From: an uncultured Chloroflexia bacterium
GTDB taxonomy: Bacteria; Chloroflexota; Limnocylindria; Limnocylindrales; CSP1-4
DNA length: 64,000 bases
Assembly: GCA_963734535.1 (NCBI GenBank)
Contig: CAVTHS010000008.1
Span: 224,001 to 288,000, forward strand
Direction: 5' to 3'
A model generated the notes under the pieces. The model did no database searches. It was not told the origin of the DNA and was given only the letters and a program-made list of their open reading frames with translations. Positions 27,736-39,753 of the stretch are shown piece by piece (the stretch's first letter is position 1; each line of letters begins with the position of its first letter). The translations under genes and the position numbers were made by a program.

Positions 27736-29422
27736 GACAGGCCTTCGAGCCGGCCGGCAACCAGACGGCCGCCGGCGATCGTCGCGACCACCGTGATCCC
27801 GTCATCGCCGCGAGCCCAGGCGCGGGTCGGCACGGTCGTGGGGTCGCGGGACAGGATCACGAGGTCGCTGCGCCGCCCCACCTCCAGGCGCCCGGCGTCC
27901 TCTTCACCGAGCGCCGCGGCGCCCGCGGCCGTCCATGCATGGAGCGCCTCCGCGACGGAGAGGCCGCTGTCATGGCGAAGGGCCGCGCGCACGCCGTCGA
28001 GCGGCGCGCCGGGGACCACGGGACGATCGCTGGAGAACGGCATCGGGATGCCGGCGGCGAGAAGCGCCGCGAACGGGAGGAGCCGTGCCGCGCGTTCCTC
28101 CCCGAGGCGGGCCCGGTACGTGGCCCCGGCCCACGCGAGGAACTCCGGCTGGACGACGGCCGTCGCACCCGATCGCGGCCAGGCGCGCGATGAGGTCGCC
28201 GTCGAGGAGCATCGCGTGCTCGACCCGGTGGGGATGCGCGGGTCGGGGCGCGATGGCGGACGCGGACGCCGCCGCGGCGGCATAGGCGTCGAGGATCGCG
28301 ACCACGCGCCGCGTCGCCGATCGCGTGCGTCCCGACGGCCCAGCCGGCCGCGACCGCGCCGCGGACGCGCTCCGCGAGCGCCGACGGGTCGTGGACCGGT
28401 CCGCCGGCGTGCGACGCGTCGTCGTACGGCGCGCGCAGCCACGCCGTATGCGTCGTGAGGGCGCCGTCGGCCTTGAGCTTCACGTGTGTCAGGCGGACGC
28501 GGTCCCGCGCGGCATCCGGTAGTTCGGCCGCGATGTCGGCGGGGGATGGAACGGCGTCGTCCGGCGCCGGCGCGATCCGGACGAGCCCGGGCATGAGCGC
28601 AACGGCGAGCGGCATCGCCCCCGACGTGATCGCCGCGCCCCAGGCCGCGAGCTCGGCCGCAATGCCGGCCGTGGATCCCAGGTCGGCATCGGCAACGCTG
28701 GTCACGCCGTCGGCAGCCAGCCGGGCGGCGGCCCGGGCGAGCGCCGCATGCCCCTCGGCGGCGGTCGGCGCCGGCATCGCGGACGCGACGCGATCCCACG
28801 CGTCGGGTCCGCGGAGGATCCCGGTCGGCTCGCCCGTCCCGTCGCGCTCGATCGCGCTCCGGCCGGGGACGTCGGGCGTGCCCATGCGGATCCCGGCCAG
28901 GGCGAGGGCCAGGCTGTTGGCCGTCACGGCATGCCCGGAGACGTGCGCGAGGAGGACCGGCCGGTCGGGCACGGCGCGGTCCAGGTCGTCGCGCGTCGGA
29001 TCGTCCGGACGGTCCCAGCCGGTCGGGTCATAGCGCGCGACCAGCCAGGCATCGGGCTCCAGGCGCTCAGCGCCTCCCGGCAGGGCCTGGAGGGCGGCCC
29101 GGCGCTCGCGGCCCGCCAGGAGCCGCATCCCGGCGACGAGGCCCTCCCAGTACGGGTGCGCGTGCGGATCCACGAAGCCCGGCAGCACGGCACGGCCCCG
29201 CAGGTCGACGAGATGCGAGTCGGGCCCGGCCAGGGCCAGGACCTCGGCGTCGCCCCCCACCGCCAGGATCCGGTCGTGCGCGTAGCAGATCGCGGTCGCG
29301 CGCCGGCCGGCCGCGTCGGGAACGCCCGGGTCACCGCCGGCGCGCGACGCGGCGTCGGTCGGGCGCGCCCCGTCGAGCGTGAGGATCGTCCCGCCGTGAA
29401 GGACCGTGTAGTGGTGGGTCAT
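27732..29422 (-). CDS. Amidohydrolase_3 (YtcJ-like) metal-dependent hydrolase, frameshifted
   Basis: LPGFVDPHAH, VSGHAVTANS, KLKADGAL, THAIGD, HRVEHA, FSSDRPV. Confidence 0.88.
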
Positions 29423-29521
29423 CGCCCCCGAGTCTAGCGGGACGATGGACGTGCGGGCACCTGGCCGGGCGAGTGTCGCCTGCGAGCCTGACGATGAGAC
29501 CCGGCGACGCGAAGAGCAGGC

Positions 29522-30313
29522 TCAGCCGACCTTGATCGTGATGCTGAATGCGATCCTGAACATCGGACACGCGCCCGACGTGCAGTGCAGGCTCCCCACG
29601 GCGTTGAGGAGCGTCGTGCCGGCCGTCCGCGCCACGAAGACCCCCTGGGCGCCCTGGATCACGAGGGTGCTGGGGACTCGACCCACGACATTCTGGTCGG
29701 CCACCGTGATCGCCCAGCTCATGCTCGCGCCGAGATCAAGGAGGAATTGCTGCCCGACCGCGAGGTGCAGGACGGTTCCGTCGTCCGCCTGCGTCACGGT
29801 GACGGGCGATGCAGCCGCGTTGGCGGGCGAGGGCGTGGGAGTCGGCGCAGTCCGGGCGACAGGGGTCCCTGCCGGAGTCGGGGCTGGGACCCGGGTAGCT
29901 GCCGGAGTCGGGGCTGGGACCCGGGTAGCTGCCGGAGTCGAGGCCGCCGGCGGGGTCCGCGGAGGGATCGCCGAGCCAGCTGGCGAGGGCGCCACAGGTT
30001 CGCTGCTGCACGCCTGCGCCGAGCTGGTCGAGGAGAGACAGGGTTCGGTCCCCGTGAACAGGCCACCCGATGCGCTCGGCGCGGGCGAGGCCGACTCTGG
30101 AAGCGGAGCGACCGCGCCGGGCACGCTGGGGACGACCGTCGCGCTCGACGATGGCAGCGCCCCGTTGGAGGGCCCTGCAGCCACGCACCCACCGAGCACC
30201 AGGGAGACGAGTGCCACCGCGAGGCTGGCCACGACCGGCTGCCTGACATGGCGGTGATTGCGTTGTGTCCAGTTACGCTGGCTGTCGGCCATGACTCCCC
30301 CTGAGGCCTTCAT
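29522..30313 (-). CDS. Lipoprotein with Pro/Ala/Thr linker and chagasin(I42)-like C-terminal domain
   Basis: Lipobox LGGC; repeats TPAATRVPAP; C-terminal VTQADDGTVLHLAVGQQFLLDL...W. Confidence 0.65.
   Translation of the reverse strand: MKASGGVMADSQRNWTQRNHRHVRQPVVASLAVALVSLVLGGCVAAGPSNGALPSSSATVVPSVPGAVAPLPESASPAPSASGGLFTGTEPCLSSTSSAQACSSEPVAPSPAGSAIPPRTPPAASTPAATRVPAPTPAATRVPAPTPAGTPVARTAPTPTPSPANAAASPVTVTQADDGTVLHLAVGQQFLLDLGASMSWAITVADQNVVGRVPSTLVIQGAQGVFVARTAGTTLLNAVGSLHCTSGACPMFRIAFSITIKVG
29871..29940. repeat. 30-bp tandem repeat (coding linker)
   Basis: GCCGGAGTCGGGGCTGGGACCCGGGTAGCT x2 plus a partial copy. Confidence 0.9.
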
Positions 30314-30648
30314 CTCGACCGCTCCCGCGTGGCGGGGGGTCTCGTCCGCAATGACGCGGGGCTCGCGAGGATGGTTCCGCCACCGGGCCGGGCATAGGGT
30401 TCGGCAACCCGGCTCGAGCGGACGGGTCGTGCTTCAGTCTACCGGTCTGCTCGTCGGGCGCTGACGAGCACGTCGACGGGCGATACGCGCACGAAAGGAA
30501 ACCGGACATCTATGCAAAGGCACTGATGTCCGGTCCTTGCCGCGCGAGCTATCTGCGGTTGTCAGCTACATGGTCGCTCCCGTGAGGAAGGCCCTTGGAC
30601 CGAGACGCGCTCGGTCGTTCAGGCCCCCGGCCACGACAGCGCGCAATA

Positions 30649-32175
30649 TCAATGCGGGCCGACCCGGTGATGGCCGGAATGCCCGTTCAGATTCGGATCG
30701 GTGCTCTGGACTGCCTGATTCCCATCATTCCATGATGTGAACCTGGTCAGGAAGTTGACGAGGTTGTCGGCCCTCGGGGAGCCCAGGCCGGTGGTCGCGT
30801 CCCAGCCGGTGCCGGCATTGAAGCCTGTCACCGTCACGAGGTTGTTGTTAACGTCGAACTCCGCGGCCGAGTTGCTACCGCTCGTCACGTCGTGGAAGAG
30901 TGTCGACGAAAGGCTCGGGAACAGGCTGTAGAGGTACAGCGCCGCGTTGATGAAGCCCAACCTCCGCCCGGCCTTCTGATCGGCGATCGCGGCGATGGCT
31001 GCCCACTGCGGAGAGCCGGCGCTCGTTCCGCCGAACCGGTAGAAGCCGACTGGGATGCCGGGGATATCGAGGTACGTCAGCACACCGTGCAGTACGGCGG
31101 CGTTGTACGACACGTCGGGCACGCCCCGCTGCCTCCCTCCCCGGGTGGCGAGCCTCTGGAAGAAGGGTGCCTTGTAGAGGACGCTGAAGCCGCCACCGGT
31201 GGCGAGGGTCGAGTCGAAGAAGTCCTGGAAGTCGCCAAACGGAGGACCTTCGTTCCACGCGATCTCGCCCTGGTAGGTCCCGCCGCTGGGTTCGCGGCCG
31301 GGTCACAGCCGAGCGCGGTCAGGCAGTAGTCGGCTGCCTGCAGCTCGGTGCCGCCGACGGCGGTGACGAGCGGGTCGCTGGCGGGCGAGGAGGCCGCCTT
31401 GACCCAGGAGTTGCCGTCGCAGGTGAATTCGGCCGCGCCTTGATCGCCCGACGAGGCGAAGAGCGTGATGCCTTTCAAAGTCGCCTTTGCGAACAGCTGA
31501 TGCTGCTGCCTTGAGCAGCGTCGAATCGACGCAACTCTCGTTCTCGCCGAAGCTCTGCGAGATGATGTCGCCGAGATTGTGGTCAACGGCGTACTTCGTC
31601 GCGCTCAGGATGTCAGCGTCATCGTTCGACTTGGCGAGGTCCAGCACGATGTTGGCGCCGGGAGCGATGGCATGCGCCCAGAGGACGTCCAGCGAGATCT
31701 CCTCTGCCCACCCGGTCATGTTCGGATCACCCGTGACGAACGGGGTGAGTCCGTCCGGAGCGACCTGGGTGAATGTGCCGAGGCTCGGATCGGAGGCGCC
31801 GCCCAGCCCGTTGAGGGCCGGCAAGCCGTAGAACGTGTTCCAGGTATTCAGCTGCTGGACGATGTTCGGCGACTGGTAGGCGTCGACGATGATGATCGTC
31901 CTGCCCTTGCCGGTGAAGCCCGCGTTGATCAGCGTGTCGATGCCGTAGGCATGCCGCATCTGGTACGGGTCATAGCAGGCACCGACCGACAGGCCCAGCT
32001 GGCAGCTGAAGAGGCCGTAACCCGGGCCGCTGACGGTGGCCGGGATGGCCTGCGGGCCCATCGTCGAGAGTGGAGACGCGGACGACGCCGCGCTCGCGAC
32101 TGTGCCCGCCCCTGGCGCCAGGCTGACAACGAGGGCCAACGCGGCCAGGACGGATCGAACCTCGCAAATCCTCAT
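30649..32175 (-). CDS. Secreted S53 (sedolisin) family peptidase, frameshifted
   Basis: Signal peptide; EEISLDVLWAH, SSGDQG, PDVS, GGTSAGSP, GWDATTGLGSP. Confidence 0.88.
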
Positions 32176-32537
32176 GTTCCCCCCTTGATGATCGACGTGA
32201 TCGTCAACTCCGCTGCACCACTCGCGGGTGGATCGGGCGGTCGATTGGCTGGAGCCAGCTTGACGTCCCTCCTTTCACGATGACCCGCTCGCACCTTCCG
32301 GCCCGCCTCCAGCAGCGAATTGGGAGCAGCCGCTCTCCGACCAGTCGGCCTGCGCATCCTCCGGGGTCCCGTCGGTGACGTCAACCCGCACCGCGCCACG
32401 GTGGTCCATCACGACCGAGCTGTCCCACCCCGTGCACCTCGGCGCCGCGCTCCCGGCCCGATGAGCTGGTCGGCACCATGAACACGACCTGCAGCGCGGA
32501 CGATCCAGCCGACCTCTGGGGCCCCCCTGGCCCCGCG

Positions 32538-33471
<934 letters not shown>

Positions 33472-33677
33472 GGGGTGCTCCTCCCGGCTGCGTTCGTGGC
33501 GCGCGCTCGGCCGTGGCCGGGTCGCTCGGTGCTGGTCGGGATTGTATGGCCTGTGTATGAAACTTCGAGAGCGGTCGGGCTCCCGGTGTAGCGTTCCGGA
33601 CCAGCACAGGCTCGCTGTCTTGACGTCCGGCGGAGCGTCTCGCACGGTGCCCAGGCCAACCTGCGAGGAGAGCACCC

Positions 33678-34076
33678 ATGGAGCAAGCTCGACCGATCGT
33701 GGTCCGGCCAGCTGAGGGGGCCCCGCCACCCGGGCCACCCACGCCTGGCATGGACCGCCGACAGCTCTTCGACCATGAGGATCGCTGGGTCGGCTGGGTG
33801 CGGACCGACGCCGGACTCGCGGGCGGCTGGCACCACCATGGAGCGCGCGACTCCTACATCTACGTGCTCCGCGGCAGGGTGACGATCGAGTACGGTCCCA
33901 CCGGGCGCGAGCACGTGACGGCGGTGGCCGGGGACTTCATCTTCAATCCCGCCCGAATGGTGCATCGCGAGATCACCGCCTCCGACGATCCGGCAGAGCT
34001 CTTCGTCATCCGCGTTGGGACCGGCCCGCAGAACGTCAACGTCGACGGCCCCGACGCCGATCCGGACGGCAGATGA
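33678..34076 (+). CDS. Cupin domain protein
   Basis: GWHHHG...YVLRG...AGDFIFNPARMVHRE. Confidence 0.85.
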   Translation: MEQARPIVVRPAEGAPPPGPPTPGMDRRQLFDHEDRWVGWVRTDAGLAGGWHHHGARDSYIYVLRGRVTIEYGPTGREHVTAVAGDFIFNPARMVHREITASDDPAELFVIRVGTGPQNVNVDGPDADPDGR

Positions 34077-34145
34077 CTGGGACCAAACGGTCCCGGTCGA
34101 GCGTGTGAGCTTTCCTACACGGGCCCTGTAGCCCAGCGCGGGCGG

Positions 34146-34526
34146 TCAGTAGGTGACCAGGCGCACGGGGGTCAACGCGAAGTCGCGCGTGTTCCTCGTG
34201 AGGACGGCGGCGTTGTCGGTGTACGCCGCGGCCGCGATCAGGGCATCCGCCAGCCCGAGGGTCCAGCCGTCCGCACGCGCTGCCGAGCGCCAGCGTCCCG
34301 CGAGCAGGGCCGCGTCCGGGCCGGGCTGGATGAACTCCACCGGCTCGAGGAACGCATCGAAGTCCTGCAGCTCCCAGGGCTTCAGCCCGGTGCTCACTTC
34401 GCAGACGACGATCTCGTTCACGACCGGCTCGTCGCCGTCAGCGAACACCGCCTCCCAGCGCGCTTCCGCCTCCTCCATGCCGCGGAGGTAGTCGATGACG
34501 AACGCGGAGTCAGCGAGGATCCGCAT
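34146..34526 (-). CDS. vapC: VapC PIN-domain toxin
   Basis: ILADSAFVIDYLRG, VCEV, LADALIAAAA, LTRNTRDF. Confidence 0.9.
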   Translation of the reverse strand: MRILADSAFVIDYLRGMEEAEARWEAVFADGDEPVVNEIVVCEVSTGLKPWELQDFDAFLEPVEFIQPGPDAALLAGRWRSAARADGWTLGLADALIAAAAYTDNAAVLTRNTRDFALTPVRLVTY

Positions 34527-34861
34527 GCTCGTCGCCCTCGGGGTCCGGCCGCATGCCGCCCTTCGATCGCGGGTGCCACTCCGGGATCGTCCCAATCGGG
34601 ACCGGATCGGGCCCGGAATTCGTCTCCTCGGCACGGAGTGCCCGGACCCACTCCACGACCATCTCGGACGTCGCCCACTCGGGGTGGTCCTCCGCCTTCA
34701 GGATGCCGAACGAGCGATCCCAGACCTCCTTGAGGTGGTCGCGGCGAAGGCGTGTCCTGACGGCCTCGGCGACGTACCGGCTGCGGTTGCGGGGCCCGGC
34801 GATCCGGTCCACCTCGGCAACGAGCCTCCGGCGGGAGCATCAGATTCGTGCGCACGGCCAT
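34510..34861 (-). CDS. vapB: RHH-type antitoxin, frameshifted
   Basis: MAVRTNLMLPPE / VDRIAGPRNRSRYVAEAVRTRL; overlaps vapC start. Confidence 0.75.
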
Positions 34862-34867
34862 GCACAC

Positions 34868-34896
34868 ATGATTGCGCACGACGGTGCGCACGTCAA
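34868..34896 (-). promoter_or_regulatory. vapBC promoter with palindromic operator boxes
   Basis: TTGACG-17nt-AATCAT, 6 nt before ATG; two TGCGCA palindromes between the -35 and -10. Confidence 0.6.
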
Positions 34897-34949
34897 CACA
34901 CCAATGCAAGCCAGGATCGCCGCGCCGACGACCCCTGACCGCAGGCCCC

Positions 34950-36197
34950 TTACGCCCCGTCGAGCGCGGCCTGGAGATCGGCGATCAGGTCCGCTTCGTC
35001 CTCGATGCCGACGGAGAGCCGGATCAGGGCCTCGGGAACCTCGAGCGGCGAGGTGGCTACCGACGCATGGGTCATCACGGCCGGCAGCTCGACGAGCGAC
35101 TCGACCCCACCCAGGGACTCTGCCAGCGTGAAGAGCCGCGTGGCTTCGCAGATCGCGACAGCGCGGTCCCGGGCGCTCCGGCCACGGCGCCCGCCGGCAG
35201 CCGGGACGAAGCTGACCATCCCGCCACCGGCCGCCATCTGGCTCGCGGCCAATCCCGCCTGCGGGTGCGCAAACGGCCCGTCAACGAGGCCCGGGTACCG
35301 GAGCCACGTCACGTCGTCGCGGCCGGCCAGGAACCGAGCGACGGCGAGCGCGTTGGCCGAATGCCGCTCGGCGCGAAGCGCGAGGGTCCGCAGGCCGCGC
35401 AGGACGAGGAAGCAATCCTGCGGGCCGGGGACGGCGCCCATCGCGTTCTGCAGGAAGCGCAGCTGGTCGGCTAGGTCCTCGCGCGAGGTGACGACCACGC
35501 CGGCAACCGTGTCGCTGTGACCGGCGAGGTACTTCGTGGCGGAGTGGAAGACGACGTCCGCGCCAAGGGCGATGGGTCGCTGGAGCGCAGGAGAGGCGAA
35601 GGTGTTGTCCACCACGACGATCGGCGCCGCGCCGCGTGCCCCGACGTGGGCGTGCGCCGCCCGCACCACCGACGCGATGTCCGTCACCTTCAGGAGCGGG
35701 TTCGAGGGCGTCTCGAACCAGACCAGCCGCGTCCGCTCATCGAGGACCGCTGCCAGCGCATCGGCCGGCGCCGCGCCACCGTCGCCGGCGAGGTCGAGGT
35801 AGGTGGCGAGCACGCCGCGCGGCCGTGCGACCCGCTCGAAGAACCGATACGTGCCGCCGTACACGTCGTCGCCCACGAGGAGCGTCTCGCCCGGTGCCGC
35901 GAGCTCGGCCAGCATGGCGGTCGCGGCCGACCCCGACGCGAACGCGATCCCGAAGGCCGCGCCCTCGAGGTCCGCGACCGCCCGCTCGAGCCGCTCGCGG
36001 GTCGGGTTCTGGGTGCGTGCGTACTCGTATCCGCCCCGCGGCCGGCCGACGCCGTCCTGCGCGTACGTGGACGTCTGGTAGATCGGCGGGCTCACCGCCC
36101 CGGTCAGCTCGTCCGGCTCCGCGCCGGCGTGCACGACCCGGGTGGCAAACGCGTCGAGGCCGCGGCCGGTCGTGTCGCCCGCTCGCCCGTCCGGCAC
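34950..36197 (-). CDS. Cystathionine gamma-lyase/synthase
   Basis: PIYQTSTY, YARTQNPTR, ETPSNP, DNTFASP, HSATKYLAGHSD, ESLGGVESL. Confidence 0.93.
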   Translation of the reverse strand: MPDGRAGDTTGRGLDAFATRVVHAGAEPDELTGAVSPPIYQTSTYAQDGVGRPRGGYEYARTQNPTRERLERAVADLEGAAFGIAFASGSAATAMLAELAAPGETLLVGDDVYGGTYRFFERVARPRGVLATYLDLAGDGGAAPADALAAVLDERTRLVWFETPSNPLLKVTDIASVVRAAHAHVGARGAAPIVVVDNTFASPALQRPIALGADVVFHSATKYLAGHSDTVAGVVVTSREDLADQLRFLQNAMGAVPGPQDCFLVLRGLRTLALRAERHSANALAVARFLAGRDDVTWLRYPGLVDGPFAHPQAGLAASQMAAGGGMVSFVPAAGGRRGRSARDRAVAICEATRLFTLAESLGGVESLVELPAVMTHASVATSPLEVPEALIRLSVGIEDEADLIADLQAALDGA

Positions 36198-36201
36198 GCG
36201 G

Positions 36202-37623
36202 TCAGCCCCCCAGCCGCGGGTGGTGGCTCAGGTACTCCAGCACATCGAGCTTGGTGACCAGTCCCACCGGTCGCTCGAGGCGGACTGCCAGGACCGCGGG
36301 CACTCCCCGGGCCAGGAGCGCGAACGCCTCGTCGAGCGGGGCGGCCTCCTGGACCACCGGGAGCGGAGGGTCCATGACCTCGCCGACTGTTCTTTCGACC
36401 ACCCCCGGATCGCGGTATGCGCGCTCGAGGAGGCCCTTCTCGGAGATCGAGCCGACGATCCCGGCCAGCTCGCTTCCCTCGGCCGCCTCCGAGACCGGCA
36501 TCTGGCTGATGCCGTAGTCCTCGAGCCGGCGGATCGCCGCGCCGACCTTCTCGGTTGTCCGGGCCAGGACGAGGTCCGGGATCTGCTCGCCGTGATGCCG
36601 GTCCTCGAGCACCTGCCGGACGCGCACCACGGAGCCTGCCGACGCGAGCAGCCCGTTCGCGCGCATCCACTCGTCGTTGTAGAGCTTCGAGAGGTAGTTC
36701 CGGCCGCCATCCGGGAGGACCACGACCATCACCGCGCCGGGCCCCTGCCCGGACTCGGTCAGCTCCCGTGCGACCTGCAGCGTGGCAAGCATCGCCGTCC
36801 CGCACGACTCCCCGGCAAGGATCCCCTCCTCGCGCGTGATCCGGCGGGCCATTGCGAACGCATCGCGGTCGGAGACGCGGACCCAGCGGTCGATGAGCTC
36901 CGGGTCGAGCGTGCCGGGCACGAAGTCCTCGCCGACGCCCTCGGTGAGGTAGGGCCGCGCCACGTCGCCCGAGAGGACGCTCCCCTCCGGGTCGGCCCCG
37001 ACCACGACGAGATCGGGCTTCTGCGAGCGCAGGTACCGCGCCGCGCCGGTGATCGTGCCGCCGGTCCCGACGGACGCCACGAGGTGCGTGACCTGGCCCG
37101 CCGTCTGTCGCCAGATCTCGGGTCCGGTCGTCGCCTCGTGGGCCGCGGTGTTCTCCGCGTTCCAGTACTGGTCCGGCTTGTAGGCGCCCGGGATGTCGCG
37201 TGCCAGCCGCGCCGCCACGGAGTAGTAGCTCTCGGGCGACTCCGGCGGGACGTTGGTCGGGCAGAGCACGACCTCGGAGCCGTAGGCACGCAGGATCGCC
37301 TGCTTCTCCGCCGACTGCTTGTCGGCCATCACGAAGACGCAGCGGTAGCCCTTGATCGCGGCGGCGATCGCCAGGCCGTGACCGGTGTTGCCGCTGGTCG
37401 GCTCGATGATCGTGCCGCCCGGCCGCAGAAGCCCGTCGCGCTCGGCCGCCTCGATCATCGGCAGGCCGATGCGATCCTTGACGGAGCCGCCGGGGCTGAG
37501 CATCTCGAGCTTCGCGAGGACCAGGGGCTGGCGCTCGAGCGGCCCGATCCCCCGCGTGACCCGAGAGATCCGGACGAGCGGCGTGTTGCCGATCAGGTCG
37601 AGGATCGAGCGCGCGTACTCCAT
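36202..37623 (-). CDS. Cystathionine beta-synthase with C-terminal CBS domains
   Basis: IGNTPLV, PGGSVKDR, PTSGNTG, GTGGTITG, LPDGGRNYLSK, followed by a CBS pair. Confidence 0.93.
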   Translation of the reverse strand: MEYARSILDLIGNTPLVRISRVTRGIGPLERQPLVLAKLEMLSPGGSVKDRIGLPMIEAAERDGLLRPGGTIIEPTSGNTGHGLAIAAAIKGYRCVFVMADKQSAEKQAILRAYGSEVVLCPTNVPPESPESYYSVAARLARDIPGAYKPDQYWNAENTAAHEATTGPEIWRQTAGQVTHLVASVGTGGTITGAARYLRSQKPDLVVVGADPEGSVLSGDVARPYLTEGVGEDFVPGTLDPELIDRWVRVSDRDAFAMARRITREEGILAGESCGTAMLATLQVARELTESGQGPGAVMVVVLPDGGRNYLSKLYNDEWMRANGLLASAGSVVRVRQVLEDRHHGEQIPDLVLARTTEKVGAAIRRLEDYGISQMPVSEAAEGSELAGIVGSISEKGLLERAYRDPGVVERTVGEVMDPPLPVVQEAAPLDEAFALLARGVPAVLAVRLERPVGLVTKLDVLEYLSHHPRLGG

Positions 37624-38579
37624 CAGGCCGGATCGTCGGCCTGCGCGGGCGCTGGTCCGGCCGGCATGGTCGAGCCCGGCGTGTCGGCAGCCGCGGCCGA
37701 GCCGGCCAGGTCGCCCGGACTCGAAACGGCAGGTCCCTGGGGGTCGTTCGCCGCCCCCCGATCCCCCGCTGCGGCGCCGGGCCGATGCCGCCAGGCGAGC
37801 AGGAGGAGCGCGCCGACCACGGCGGCGGCCGAGATGAGCGAGGCCGTCGGGATCCCGCCCAGCAGCCAGTTGTTCGTGCGGAGCGGCTCGAGCAGGAAGC
37901 GCGTCGTCCCGTACCACACGAAGAAGAGCAGGACGAGATCGCCCGGACGAAGGGAACGGACGCGGCGGGCGAGCAGGATCAGCACGGCCGCGCCGATGAG
38001 CCCCGAGATCGATTCGTAGAGGAAGAGCGGCACGAAGTGCGCGTCGACCGGCGTGGTCCCGCCGTCCACCGGGCAGGCCCAGGCCTGCGTCCGGCTTGCG
38101 CACTGGATGGCGATTCCCCACGGAAGGTTGGTCGGGGGCCCGTAGAGCTCCTGGTTGAAGAAGTTGCCCCAGCGCGCCACGCCCTGCATCACGAGCAGTC
38201 CCGGGGCGGCGGCGTCGGCCCAGCCCAGGAACGGCTGGTGCTTCCAGCGGGCGTAGAGGACGGCGGCCAGGAACCCGGTCGCGATGCCGCCGTAGACGCC
38301 GAGGCCGCTGTATGGCGGGAGGACGATGGCCAGCAGGTCGTTCCGGTACCGCGCGTCCCACTGGTCGATGACGTGGTAGAGCCGGCCGCCCACGAGCGCC
38401 GCGAAGGCGATCAGGATGAACCCGTTGACCAGGAGCCCGACGTCGAGGCCGCGCCGACGGGCCTCGCGCTCCACGACGACGTACGTCGCGGCGAGGCCGA
38501 TCGCGTACATGATCCCGTACCAGTGGACCGCGAGCGGGCCGACCGAGAACGCGATCGGTTGCGGGGTCCAGTCGATCAC
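37623..38579 (-). CDS. lgt: Prolipoprotein diacylglyceryl transferase
   Basis: VHWYGIM, GGRLYHV, GVYGG, RWGNFFNQELYG, LPWG, FLYES. Confidence 0.93.
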   Translation of the reverse strand: MIDWTPQPIAFSVGPLAVHWYGIMYAIGLAATYVVVEREARRRGLDVGLLVNGFILIAFAALVGGRLYHVIDQWDARYRNDLLAIVLPPYSGLGVYGGIATGFLAAVLYARWKHQPFLGWADAAAPGLLVMQGVARWGNFFNQELYGPPTNLPWGIAIQCASRTQAWACPVDGGTTPVDAHFVPLFLYESISGLIGAAVLILLARRVRSLRPGDLVLLFFVWYGTTRFLLEPLRTNNWLLGGIPTASLISAAAVVGALLLLAWRHRPGAAAGDRGAANDPQGPAVSSPGDLAGSAAAADTPGSTMPAGPAPAQADDPA

Positions 38580-38655
38580 CGCGGCAGTGTAGCGGGGGGT
38601 CGCCGTTCCGTCCGGTCCCTATACTCCCGACGATGCTCGCCAGCGCAGCCGCCGC

Positions 38656-38934
38656 ATGAACTCCGGGTACGTCCTCTGGTTCGCCGCCCTCGTCGTCGTG
38701 GCCGGCGCAGCGCTCGTCTGGCTGGCGATCGGCAGCGTGCCCGAGATCCCGGCCGAGCCGGAAGCAGGTGCCGATCCCGGGCTGGCCGGGGAGCCGCGGG
38801 CGATCCTTGCGCCCGGTCCGGCCCCGGAGCCCGACTCGGCCATCACGTCGGAGCCGCTCTCGGAGCCTGGTCGGCCGGAGCCTGGTCCGGGCTCAGAGCC
38901 CGCCGGTGAGGATCGAATCGCCCGTCCCGGTTGA
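38656..38934 (+). CDS. Small membrane-anchored acidic Pro-rich hypothetical protein
   Basis: N-terminal TM, then E/P-rich tail; TATACT upstream. Confidence 0.45.
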   Translation: MNSGYVLWFAALVVVAGAALVWLAIGSVPEIPAEPEAGADPGLAGEPRAILAPGPAPEPDSAITSEPLSEPGRPEPGPGSEPAGEDRIARPG

Positions 38935-39753
38935 GCCCACGGTCACGAGCGAGACGCCGAAGCGCGACCCCGGCCCGAGGCTCGCTGGCAGCTTCGCGGG
39001 GCCGTTCCACCACGCCACGCTCCCGGTGAGCCACATGGTGCCCAGCCGGGTCCGGACCCCGCCGACCTCGACCCAGCACCGGTACTCGCGGCCGGGGCCG
39101 GGGGCCGGGAGGTCGACCGCGACGGCGACCATTCGGCCGACGCTCTTCGCGAGCACGATGCTGCCGCGGGCGCTGCCGGCGGAATCCCAGAGCGTGACCC
39201 GCGCGGCATCGGGAGCACCGAGGAGCGCCGCGCTCTCGTGGCTCACCTCGGTCAGCGCGACCGTGGCGTCAAAGGGGTCGGGCGCAGGCTTGCCACCGGC
39301 CGCGAGGAGGCCTCCGGCAAGCCCGATCACCAGCGCGGCCGCGACCGCGGCCGGCCAGGCCGCGCGACGACCGCGCCGAAGGGTGGCGACCGTGCGGCTT
39401 CGATCGACATCGGCGCGGCGTGGATCCAGCCCGGTGCCGATGCCCGCGGGAACCGGAGGTTCGGCGCTCCGCGTGGGCGCCTCTCCGGGTGATCCCCGCT
39501 CGCGGCCAACGGCGCGGACATAGTCGAGCGTGCGCGCCCGGAGCTCGGGCGCCGGGCTCATGGCGATCGCCGGTCGGATCAGCTCGTCGGTGCGCCGAAG
39601 CCGGGCCAGCTCTTCGGTGCAGCCGGCGCAGCCCGAGAGGTGGCCGGCAAGCGCGACGACGTCGGCCGTCGCTCCAGCAGTGATTCGATCCAGCCCTCCC
39701 GGCTCGACGGCCGCGATCTCCAGCGCCGCGCGGACATCCTCGTGCTCCATCAT
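38893..39753 (-). CDS. Anti-sigma factor (RskA-like, ZAS motif)
   Basis: HLSGCAGC (HxxxCxxC), PAPELRAR, one TM, LPAPGPGREYRCW. Confidence 0.85.
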   Translation of the reverse strand: MMEHEDVRAALEIAAVEPGGLDRITAGATADVVALAGHLSGCAGCTEELARLRRTDELIRPAIAMSPAPELRARTLDYVRAVGRERGSPGEAPTRSAEPPVPAGIGTGLDPRRADVDRSRTVATLRRGRRAAWPAAVAAALVIGLAGGLLAAGGKPAPDPFDATVALTEVSHESAALLGAPDAARVTLWDSAGSARGSIVLAKSVGRMVAVAVDLPAPGPGREYRCWVEVGGVRTRLGTMWLTGSVAWWNGPAKLPASLGPGSRFGVSLVTVGSTGTGDSILTGGL

